Assembly (NCBI GenBank): GCA_010909165.1
Contig: MU008164.1
Span: forward strand, 1,240,001-1,304,000
Direction of reading: 5' to 3'
Length of the DNA stretch: 64,000 nucleotides
Source of the DNA: Anthoceros angustus
Lineage: Eukaryota; Plantae; Anthocerotophyta
The notes beneath the pieces are model-generated. The model saw only the letters and a program-made list of their open reading frames with translations. It was not told where the DNA came from and did no database searches. Position numbers and translations under genes: made by a program. Below are positions 37,371 through 48,400 of the stretch, piece after piece; the stretch's first letter is position 1, and every line of letters starts with the position of its first letter.

Positions 37371-38836
37371 CTCACTCCAGCGCACTCGTCATGACCATCG
37401 TCTCCCCTCCTTGCCGATGCACCGCCGTCTTGGCCTTCATCGCGCCGCCTCCACCCGCGTCGCTCGTCCGCCGCCCCTCAAGGCAATGGAACCCGTCCGT
37501 TCTCTGCCGGCGTCCCCATGCTTCTGCGGGTGTTCGCGTGCTCGGTGCTATCCTCCCCACGGCTGTCGTCTTAGTTCGCGGTCCCGGCGCAGCGATTCCT
37601 ACGGGTGCGGGTTCGAGCCGGGCGATCCACTTGTTGTGGCTTTCAACGCCGTGGTTTGCGAATCGACATCCGTATGTCACATTATTCCGCCTTCACGGCA
37701 CCGCAACTTTCACGAGATGAATGGCATGTGCCTTATTCAATTGGGCGGTCGATTCGGGATGATAGCAGACCCCATGCGAAGGACATTGATGCACCTTCGT
37801 CCTTTCCACAAATCCACGACACAATGTTCTCTCAAATGTCCCCACCCACCATTTTCCCCTCTTTCCACCCCACAACTCTACGGTGATAGGGAGCGATGGT
37901 GTGTGCACGTTGAAACACGAGACTCTTTGTACCAAGCGGCCCCGAACACTAGGAATTTCGGGCTCCCATATCTTGCGATTCGAGGATGGCGTGGCGACCT
38001 GCGCCTCCTCTTGACAAAGCTCACGGCCTTCTCCGGTACAACACATATGCCTCACAGTTTGTCAAGTAGAAAAAGGCAACCGACATTGCGGATCGGCGGC
38101 ACCCGTCCTCGCCTCGGCGGGCAATTACCATCCGCCACCCGATCGGCAGCCATCGCCATGAGCCCATCGTCCATTGCCGGTCCACATCTATCACGGAACC
38201 CGTCATGGGCGGTCCGTACCGTATGCACCAGTGCATCCCACTCCACCAGCGGCGGCCGCGCCCTTTGCGATTCTGCGCGCATGCTCCCCCATTGTACCAT
38301 GCATGGCACTCCGCGATTGCGATGCGAGCATCGTGTCCACGGCCGTCGCATTGTACGCGTGGCGCCATCGAACCCACCACGCACACGGTCACCGTCACCA
38401 AGCACACCATGACTTAGTGGCATCGGCCTCACCACACCACCATTCTTTGGAATATTACGAGCGGCGGCGGCTCCGCATCGCCTTCGCATCCCTTCTCCTT
38501 CGCGTTGGACCGCACCAACCCACCAATCCGCCGTTGGCGAGGCTCCTGTTCCTCGCAGCCCTCCGCATTGAAACGCCTCCATGTCTTTGGGTGGTATCCT
38601 CGGTGCATGTGCTCCAACCCACAGTCGTCCACAATCTGCATTGCCCACCTCTCATCCGGGTCATCCTCCACTTGGCATGGTTCCATCCGCGCCGCACCAA
38701 AACCACCCGCCTCAATCCATGGCCCTTGGCTCCTCAATCGCCCTCAAGATGTCTTTGGTGCATGTCCCAGTCCATCCCTTGCCGGCCGTCCCGTGTATGT
38801 GTCCAGGTGGCGTTCGCCAACCTGGCATGAGCGCCC

Positions 38837-38867
38837 AACATGATAATCTTGGAAGGGGTTAATATAC
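38837..38867 (+). repeat. Left terminal inverted repeat (candidate TSD GCCC at 38833-38836)
   Basis: aacatgataatcttggaaggggttaatatac; its reverse complement matches 62202-62230 with one mismatch and a 2-nt gap. Confidence 0.72.
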
Positions 38868-39083
38868 AAACCCCTTCCGCTCGAAACCCCTTCACAAAAA
38901 GACAGTTGGAAATGCAAAGATCCTCAGTTAACGACACCATGCTAAATACGAAGGGAAAAAACATTGATATTTCACAATTCATAAAACAGGGCTTCTTGGC
39001 GTGGCTGGCGGTACCGCCATATCCTTGCCAACTTTGACCTGAGTAATGAAAGAAAATCACGATATCACATTTCAAAACCCCTC

Positions 39084-42000
39084 TTAGTCCCTCGAATATA
39101 GTCTTTCCTCTACAAAGATCCCTCGGTGAGGGTGATCGAGACTCATCTGCGCTTGGGTGGCCAGATCTAAAACAAGCGCCATGTTGCGCATGCGTTCAAT
39201 TCTACTACATGGTATCGGTCTACTGCCGGGGCCTTCATCATCTTCTGCGTTGTCGCCTTCGTCCTTGTCGCCACCACTCCCGGTGGCACGATTATCCGAG
39301 GTTTGTTGTCCTTCCTCTAGCAAGTCCCGTTTTGCGTTTTCATCCTCCTTGCACTAAGTGGAACCACGAGCTTTGAACAATTTTTTCGCTAATACAAACT
39401 TCTTTAGCCAATTGTCTTGCTCCTCTCCGGTGGGCCTCGAATGTGAGCTCCTCTTTCCGATCAGCAAAACCTCGAAACCATGTATGCGTTGTGGGATATA
39501 ACCACGGAGGTCGACCTCTATTGCAATAGAATTGCGTCCGAGCAATCTTGCCGATGTTGTTGTCCACTTCTGCGCAACCATCCGTAATCCAATCTCCTTC
39601 TTTGAGAATGTTTTGATGAATTTCATCATCAACGAGAGGTCTTTGGTAGGCACACCACCATTTTGTCTTGAGACATGTACACCTTCTTCACCACGGTATC
39701 ATGTGCAATCACGGATCGTCCATTGTTAAAAGTCCCTGCGTAATATTGGGCGTCATAGCCGCCGCCTTGAGCCTTCCTTCACACACCAAGCAAGCTTATG
39801 TACTCCACGTCTCAAATCCACCCTGTCATTACTCATGTTTGTTTTGTCCCAAGCGAAGGACACCATTCCACCCTTGCCACATAATCCACGCATGCACTCT
39901 CTCACAAGGTGAGCTTCTTCCACTCCGTGCATGACAATGAGCTGAATTCTTCCGTCGTCTTCTCACGGAAGCTTTGGAAGCTGTGTTCATCATGCACGCA
40001 TCAACCGACTATCCATAGGACCAATGTCAAAGCCTCTTGGGACATCCATAACGAGAAGGGTATAAGCCCGTCAAGGAATCCCGCATCTCCATAATGTTTC
40101 TTTTTCCACTTGATAGTAACACTTTCTCGGACCACAGAGCGGTGAACAAGTGCGGTCGTCTTTCAAATCCTTGTCGGCGATTGCAGCTCATCCTCAAGAC
40201 TCTTCCAGTTGTTAATCTCAAATATGAAGTTCTTGAAATCCTCCGGCAGCTTTTGCAAATTCTCCACATCCTTTATTTGCTGAACGCCAGGGAAAGAAAA
40301 AACGTTAGAGCAGGGACACCACATTCCTATTGTATTCAAACAAGCAGTGACGATGACGAAGGAGGGTGTGAAAGACGCCGGCCGACCGGCGCCCTTCACA
40401 CCCTCCATCGACAAATTTGGTTTGCAGGCCTGCACCATGCGGCGGGCGCCGGCCCGGCCGGCCCGCTGCCACAAAGATAGGCGGGGGCGAAGCCATCTCG
40501 CAGGCGCCGGCCGGTGGCTCCCGTGACATTGTCGTGGTGACGGATCTCACCTTCCAGAAAAGCCGTTTGAAACCGAGCAATCATGTCGTCGTTGAGTGTA
40601 GAGGATATTCCTTCCTCACTTCCTCGAAGATGAGCACTCGGATGTTTAGCCATGGCCACTTGAATAACATGCGGTTTCTTTCTTGAAGTAATTTCGTCCT
40701 CCATTCCTTTGAGATCGAGGATGCACAGCCGTTACCTTCCTGTGACAAGAATCTGCGCCCACATTCACCTTGGTATACCACGGAATGATTTCCAGGGTTT
40801 GCATGTCTTCGGCTTGAAATACCTTTGTTTCCACGTGTTTGGGATCATCTGTGACTTTCCTTTTCCCTTCCCTTCTTCTTTGGTGCAGCGGTATGTGCTT
40901 CTTCCTTTCGTAACTACTTTGCTTCCCACTTTGAAAAGATCTTATCAATATTATCCCATACCTTGCTTGAGATGCAGATGTGTGTCCTGTTGTCCACTTT
41001 GTTCGCTTGTACACGTCATCTTGCCCTTCATCATCTTCAATTAATCCAAGAACCTTATAGAGATTGAACTTCCAGGACATGGTCATCTGCACTCCATCAC
41101 GGCGCGCAATAAGAAGCTCATCCCGTAAATATCTAACCTGTTCAATAAAAGACATTTTCTTCCGCTTGTCAGACATTGTGTTATGGTCGGTTGCAAGAAC
41201 TCTCATCTCAGGCACCGTAAGCCCACAGTATACATGCGCTTCAACATATTGAAAACGGGACTTCCCCGGAGCAATATCTGCCAAGTGCTTCATAGCAGCA
41301 TATGTGTGGTTCCCCCCAAGTACACCCATAATATATTTCTTGGCCCTGAATTTCTGCCAGTCCAACTTGCTAATATCGTTGCACTCCCCGGGGTCAATCA
41401 TGCATGTGGCGAGAACCCTTCTTCAATCCTTCCCTTGAAATAACTCGGGCTAGGTAGTTTGACCATGCCTCGTCCACCCTCGATTTGGGCATCGGTGTAA
41501 TAAAGATCTTGGCTTCAAATTCTCAAGCTTTACCGATCTTGTCTCGGAACAACTTTCTTGGCATAGGCGAGTCACGATTATTGTCAATGGGTCGATTCCG
41601 GATAGCATCTTCAAGTCTTTCCTCATCTGTCGCATGGAGATCGCTATATCTGGTGGGCTTCACTCACGGTTTCCTTCTGATTTCTTCTTTCTCTTCCCCA
41701 GTGGAGCCTCGCTATGTGAGCGGTATGCTTGGCGTGCCCACCATGCCTTGCTCTCCCACTCGAGTCCCCTGTCTCCATACTCTCGGATCAGGCGGACACG
41801 GAGGTGCCTCAATAGAAGCTGCCTCGCCCGCCCACCTTTCGGCCACCGTCTCTTCCGCAACAAGTGCAGGCGTACGCAATCAGGCGTGGCGCCCAACCCT
41901 TCAGTGTGCCTTGGGAACCCGAACCGGTTGGGGTCTGGTGGCAGTCTCCGGCCTCTACTCGCGGGAGGCGCGGCGGCGGCGCCTCCTCCCTCGGATCGAC

Positions 42001-43058
42001 ATTGGGTACCTCCATGGAGGAGCCGGAAAAGGAATGTCCGACAGCATCCTTCCATCCTCTGCCTCCCGAAAGTCGTCATCGTCGGGTGGCCAGGGCGTCG
42101 GGTATACACCCATCCTCCTCATCGGATGGGCCGAGCTCACTAGGCGCACTTGCGCTCGGCGGTGAGCCCGTCATGCACATTCATCGGCTCGACTCGTCGT
42201 TGTGACATTTCCCTCCTATCTTTGGATGGCGGATTCGGTAATCTTCCGCATATGGTCGTGGTGCTCTAGCTTCGAGCATCCGCAAAACAGAAAAGGATTG
42301 AGGAAACGCAAGATAGAAGGCACAAGTCATGGAAACCAACATACAACGATTTGCATCAACCTTGAAAACCTTATTCCAAAGTTTTACTTACGTTGGCATA
42401 GCATTTCAAATCCTCCACCAGTTTGAAGGACGCACTTCTTGCTTTGGAAGCCATGTCGACCTCATAAGCCTTGTACATGGTTTCATCTTCGCTTATCCGA
42501 TCAAATACCAAAGGCTTTGTTGTGTACAGATCAAACATGTGCTCTCGTCCATCCATATCCACGGTCGCCCATAGAACCCAGCCAGCCCTTGCTCTCTGGT
42601 TTGGCAAGGCCCCCTTGAACCCTACGACCCACAGTTTCAATAGAGGAGTCCAAAAATTGTTCTCCTCCGAAGGCTCCTCATCCTGTCAACATCCGGTCCT
42701 TCTCGAGCGAGCATGGCCTCCACCTTGCTCCCCAACCGACGTGTAACAGTATCCTCATAGTTAAATGGCGTTGGAATAGGGCGATTGCGTGGGGTCTCTT
42801 CCTCGGTCTCCTCCTGCGCCTTCTCCTTCGTTGTGGCCTTCCCCGGATGTTAGTGCCCGATTTCCATGCCCAATTGACAAATTACCTCCGTGGTGCTTGA
42901 TGGCTGGTTGTCTCGCCCCTCCAGGAGGTAGGGCTGCCTTCTCCGACATCCACACGAAATTCCGCCATCCTTCTTCTTTCTGGGCCGGGATTTCTTGGTT
43001 TTGGGCATCGTCGATGTTCGCCTCAGTTCTCACGTTCCTTCCTACCGTCTTCCGCCAT
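39084..43058 (-). CDS. Transposon cargo gene: unknown N-terminal domain + ParB/Srx-like domain + beta-class N4C/N6A DNA methyltransferase, ~3 exons, ~1200 aa after frameshift correction
   Basis: Putative exons ~43058-42345, ~42281-40551 and ~40279-39084. Intron 2 has a GTGAGA donor, a CTAAC branch point, a pyrimidine tract and CAG. ParB-like: YIMGVLGGNHTYAAMKHL..VEAHVYCGL..LATDHN..MSFIEQ. MTase: HYGDAG..YTLLVMDVP(R)G near 40040 and YQKDLSLMMKFIKTFSK-EGDWITDGCA(G)SGTT..ARLLGRNSIAIEVD at 39500-39650. Multiple 1-2-nt indels must be corrected. Confidence 0.75.
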
Positions 43059-43167
43059 CCTCAAGAGATTAGATACAATGATACATAGGCGGTAATTCAA
43101 AGAAGGAATCGGTCCAACTTGAAGGAAATTTGCGAGCAAGGGGGAGGGCCATCAAGACTATATGTGA

Positions 43168-45020
43168 ATGGCGAAGAGGAAATGGCGGAGGATCGCGAGC
43201 GTGGAGAAAGCGTCTTTGGGAGGCGCCAAAAGTCCTTCGCTCGAGAGCTCCTGGCGAGGCGGCCGCCGTCCGTCTGGCTCAGAACTTTCGTCTCTCGTGG
43301 TTACTCTCCACCGAAAGTATGACGCCCGTTGTCACGTCATACACATGTCTGCAACCCTAACCATAAATGTCAATTAAGGTAATGCTTACATTTATTTCAA
43401 AAGGACATGTGAACCCCAATGCCGAGAAAACAATGAAGAGGCGGTGTGCCTCAGCGCCAAGATCTACCGGTGAAGATCTTTCGGTTTATTTGCTCATAAT
43501 GGCATTTCCACCTTACCTTGATCACGATGCCTATGTCATGGCATACCACGCTCTGTGAAGAGTGAGGACCATATTTCCAGGTTAGAGGTGCGGAGTCCTC
43601 GGTGGCGACAATGTTGCGCGCCACACACATCGGTTGTCGAAGAGGTCGAGTTTTTTTCGTCCAAAGTTCATTCCTCGCCGTTTGTGCGATCAAGGGGAAC
43701 ATGTACTTGAGAACAAGTGTTGGGTTTGCATCGTCTCCGTCTCGATCCATGTAATGACATTGATGTTGTCGCGGGAGCAGTGTGAGGAAGAGGGGTCTTT
43801 TGATTTCCGGATGGTAGGTGACTCTCTTGTGAGGAGCCAAGGATGGTCAGATCTTGAATGGGGCCCCGGCCCTTCCGATCATGAGCAACAGCGAGTCCGA
43901 ACTCCAAGGTTAGTTTGCCTTCAACAAAAAGCGCTTGTTTGCGGTGAAGACAATGTTGTGGCGAATAGTCCACCCCATCCGTGGCGGATTCCATCTCATG
44001 CACACGCACGCAGTGGTATTGCGGTAATGCTCGTCGCCATCGACAAGCGTCCTCTCCGGCATTCCGTGGGGTGCCCATGACCCCGTGAACTTGAACTTAT
44101 ATCGCCATTGATGGGAATCCACGCATCGGGCGAAGACACCGGGAAGGAAGGGAGATGGGGTGCGAATCCCGTCGTGGTTTGTTCCGCCAAGGAGCGATGT
44201 CGAGGATGACCGCGAGTTCTTCCACAAGCAAATGATCCGTGGTGAGGATGGGGATGATGACTTTGTTCACCCTCCTCCGCTGGTGCATCTGGAACATTCC
44301 ATCCCAAGCCTTTAAGTGAGACATTGATGACAACAAAGCTTTTACGGCGGACAAGCCGTGACGGCGCGGGGTGTCTTTGCAAAAATGTGATGAGAAGGTG
44401 ACGGCGGACTTTCTTAAACCGTGTTGCAACCAAATGTGCATGCGAGGTTGACCAAGCAAGGCCTTGAGCAACGATATAGGTTCCTCACAATGCGAGGCAA
44501 GAGCAAGAGACATTTTCTTCAAAGCCTCGTACATCGGGACCCGAGTCAAACTAACAAAGAAAGAGTTTTACGCATGTTATGGGATCGGTTCCTGTACTGT
44601 TGCGTGAAGGCCTTGAAGAGTATATTGTATGGGGCTGTGATACGAGGAAGGCGAAAGGGAGGGTCATGAGGAATGCCCGTGGGATAGTGTTCGAACCAAC
44701 CCAATTCATAAGTCCGTCATGCACTTGGTGCTCTAGCGTGGATGGATAATGCTTTTCATGGGTGAAAGACTTCGACGTGCGGTGTATAACGCGACACCTA
44801 TACAAAGCGGAGATATGGTCATTGTACAAACGGCGGTTCAAAGCTCAGTGCGGTTTGTGGCCTGTGGTTTTGAAGTTATGGAAATCTAACTTCAGAGTGA
44901 AGATTCCCAAATCCAACAGTTCTCGACCGCTCAATATGTCAGGTTAAAGACCACCATTCGAATACAACTCGGAAGGTTGATCAAGGTAGATATCACTCTA
45001 CCACTAGTACAACCCATCTC
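43168..45020 (+). pseudogene. 5' half of the Sola-like transposase gene (copy 1; truncated before the catalytic domain)
   Basis: KPCCNQMCM..YACYGIGS..HLYKAEIWSLYK..LWKSNF.VKIPKSNS is the N-terminal region of the gene completed in copy 3. The sequence jumps back to 40550-equivalent DNA at ~45470. Confidence 0.7.
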
Positions 45021-45470
45021 AGGTGGAGGAGTTTTTCGTGTTCATCCCATAGTTCGCCGAATGAGCGGTGGTATGCGGATGGTTCGAAAACTGAGTGTCG
45101 GCGGGGTGGGCGCCGGCCGCGCCCACCCTCGGATGACGACGTTTGGTTGCACAGTACCATGTTTGAAACTCGCAGTCCCTGTTCATGGATGGCCCACAGG
45201 TTGTAGGTTTGATTGGTCGAGTTTGAGGTTGGGGCCGGCGCCGGCTGCCGGCGCCCCAGGCCATCCACCTTCAAACTCGCCAACCATAATATATGACCTA
45301 GAAGGTGGACGTTTTGTAGATTTTAGATTGGGAAGATGGTAAATGTATGTGTGAAGAGGTGATAGTCCACGACATCGGTTTGTTGTATGCAATGGGTTTC
45401 ATGGATTCTGTCTTCGCTTGTGGTGTGGAAGAAGCGTGTTTGTATGTGTGAAATTGGGAGCGTGATCACC

Positions 45471-48400
45471 TTCCCAAAGAAAAGCCGTTTGAAACCGAGC
45501 AATCATGTCGTCGTTGAGTGTAGAGGATATTCCTTCCTCACTTCCTCGAAGATGAGCACTCCGGATGTTTAGCCATGGCCACTTGAATAACATGCGTTTC
45601 TTTCTTGAAGTAATTTCGTCCTCCATTCCTTTGAGATCGAGGATGCACAGCCGTTACCTTCCTGTGACAAGAATCTGCTGCCCACATTCACCTTGGTATA
45701 CCACGGAATGATTTCCAGGGTTTGCATGTCTTCGGCTTGAAATACACTTCCACGTGTTTGGGATCATCTGTGACTTTCCTTTTCCCTTCCCTTTCTTCTT
45801 TGGTGCAGCGGTATGTGCTTCTTCCTTTCGTAACTACGCTTCCCACTTTGAAAAGATCTTATCAATATTATCCCATACCTTGCTTGAGATGCAGATGTGT
45901 GTCACTTATCCACTTTGTTCGCTTGTACACGTCATCTTGGCCTTCATCATCTTCAATTAATCCAAGAACCTTATAAAGATTGAACTTCCATGACATGGTC
46001 ATCGCACTCCATCCGACGCAATAAGAAGCTCATCTCGTAAATATCTTACTGCTCAATAAAAGACATTTTCTTCCGCTTATCGACATTGTGTTATGGTCGG
46101 TTGCAAGAACTCTCATCTCGTGCACCGTAAGCCCACAGATACATGCGCTTCAACATATTGAAAACGGACTTCCCGCAATATCAAGTGCTTCATAGCGACA
46201 TATGTGTGGTTCCCCAAGTACACCCATAATATATTTCTTGGCCCAATTTACGCGATCCAACTTGCTAATATCGTTGCACTCCGGGGTCAATCATGCATGT
46301 GGCGAGAACCCTTCTTCAATCCTTCCCTTGAAATAACTCGGGCTAGGTAGTTTGACCATGCCTCGTCCACCCCTGATTTGGGCATCCGGTGTAATAAAAG
46401 ATCGGCTTCAAATTCTCAAGCTTTACCAATCTCGAACAACTTTCTTGGCATAGGCGAGTCACGATTATTGTCAATGGGTCCGATTCCGGATGGCATCTTC
46501 AAGTCTTTCCTCATCTCGCACATGATGATCGCTATATCTGGTGGGCTTCACTCACGTTTCCTTCTGATTTCTTCTTTCTCTTCCCCAGTGGAGCCTCGCT
46601 ATGTGAGCGGTATGCCTGTTGCGGCGTGCCCACCATGCCTTGCTCTCCCACTCGAGTCCCCTGTCTCCATACTCTCGGATCGGCGGACGGAGGTGCCTCA
46701 ATAGAAGCTGCCTCGCCCGCCCACCTTTCGGCCACCGTCTCTTCCGCAACAATTGCAAGGCGTGCAATCAGGCGTGGCGCCCAACCCTTCAGTGTGCCTT
46801 GGGAACCCGAACCGGTTGGGGTCTGGTGGCAGTCTCCGGCACTCGCGGGCGCGGCGGCGGCGCCTCCCTCCCTCGGATCGACATTGGGTACCTCCATGGA
46901 GGAGCCGGAAAAGGAATGTCCAAAGAACGGAGCATCCTTCCATCCTCTCGCCTCCCGAAAGTCGTCATCGTCGGAGTGGCCAAGGGCGTCGGGTATACAC
47001 CCATCCTCCTCATCGGATGGGCCGAGCTCACTAGGCGCACGCTGGCTCGTGAGCCCATCATGCACATTCATCGGCTCGACTCGTCGTTGTGACATTTCCT
47101 CCTATCTTTGGATGACGGATTGTAATCTTCCGCATATGGTCGTGGTGCTCTAGCTTCGAGCATCCTGCAAAACAGAAAAAGGATTGAGGAAAGGCAAGAC
47201 AGAAGGCACAAGTCATGGAAACCAACATACCACGATTTGCATCAACTGACTTGAAAACCTTATTCCAAATTTTTACTTACAGTTGGCTGACGCATAGCAT
47301 TTCAAATCCTCCACCAGGTTTGGAGGACTGCACTTCTTGCTTTGGAAGCCATGTAGGCTGACCTCATAAGCCTTGTACATGGTTTCGTCTTCGCTTATCC
47401 GATCAAATACCAAAGGCTTTGTTGTGTACAGATCAAACATGTGCTCTCGTCCATCCATATCCACGATCGCCCATAGAACCCAGAGCCCTTGCTCTGGTTT
47501 GGCAAGGCCCCTTGAACCCTCGACCCACGGTTTCAATAGAGGAGTCCAAAATTGTTCTCCTCAAGGCTCCTCATCCTGTCAACATCCGGTCCTTCTCGAG
47601 CGAGCATGGCCTCCACCTTGCTCCCCAACCGACGTGTAACAGTATCCTCATAGTTAAATGGCGTTGGAATAGGGCGATTGCGTGGGGTCTCTTCCTCGGT
47701 CTCCTCCTGCGCCTTCTCCTTCGTTGTGGCCTTCCCGGATGTTAGTGCCCGATTTCCATGCCCAATTGACAAATTACCTCCGTGGTGCTTGATGGCTGGT
47801 TGTCTCGCCCCTCCAGGAGGTAGGGCTGCCTTCTCCGACATCCACACGAAATTCCGCCATCCTTCTTCTTTCTGGGCCGGGATTTCTTGGTTTTGGGCAT
47901 CGTCGATGTTCGCCTCAGTTCTCACGTTCCTTCCTACCGTCTTCCGCCATCCTCAAGAGATTAGATACAATGATACATAGGCGGTAATTCAAAGAAGGAA
48001 TCGGTCCAACTTGAAGGAAATTTGCGAGCAAGGGGGAGGGCCATCAAGACTATATGTGAATGGCGAAGAGGAAATGGCGGAGGATCGCGAGCGTGGAGAA
48101 AGCGTCTTTGGGAGGCGCCAAAAGTCCTTCGCTCGAGAGCTCCTGGCGAGGCGGCCGCCGTCCGTCTGGCTCAGAACTTTCGTCTCTCGTGGTTACTCTC
48201 CACCGAAAGTATGACGCCCGTTGTCACGTCATACACATGTCTGCAACCCTAACCATAAATGTCAATTAAGGTAATGCTTACATTTATTTCAAAAGGACAT
48301 GTGAACCCCAATGCCGAGAAAACAATGAAGAGGCGGTGTGCCTCAGCGCCAAGATCTACCGGTGAAGATCTTTCGGTTTATTTGCTCATAATGGCATTTC

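Noticed and set aside
33398-38412. Long ORFs of 225-571 aa
   Set aside because: They arise from stop-poor G- or C-skewed tracts and translate to Pro/Arg/Gly/Ala low-complexity sequence.
39084-43058. Bacterial or phage contamination as the source of the ParB-MTase
   Set aside because: The gene shows spliceosomal intron signals, lies between TIRs with a eukaryotic-type transposase, and one copy is interrupted by a plant copia element. Read-level confirmation is still advisable.
43350-44550. Separate minus-strand gene suggested by 105-150-aa ORFs
   Set aside because: They overlap the plus-strand transposase 5' region (CCNQMC motif, acidic linker) and are probably antisense shadows; not fully excluded.
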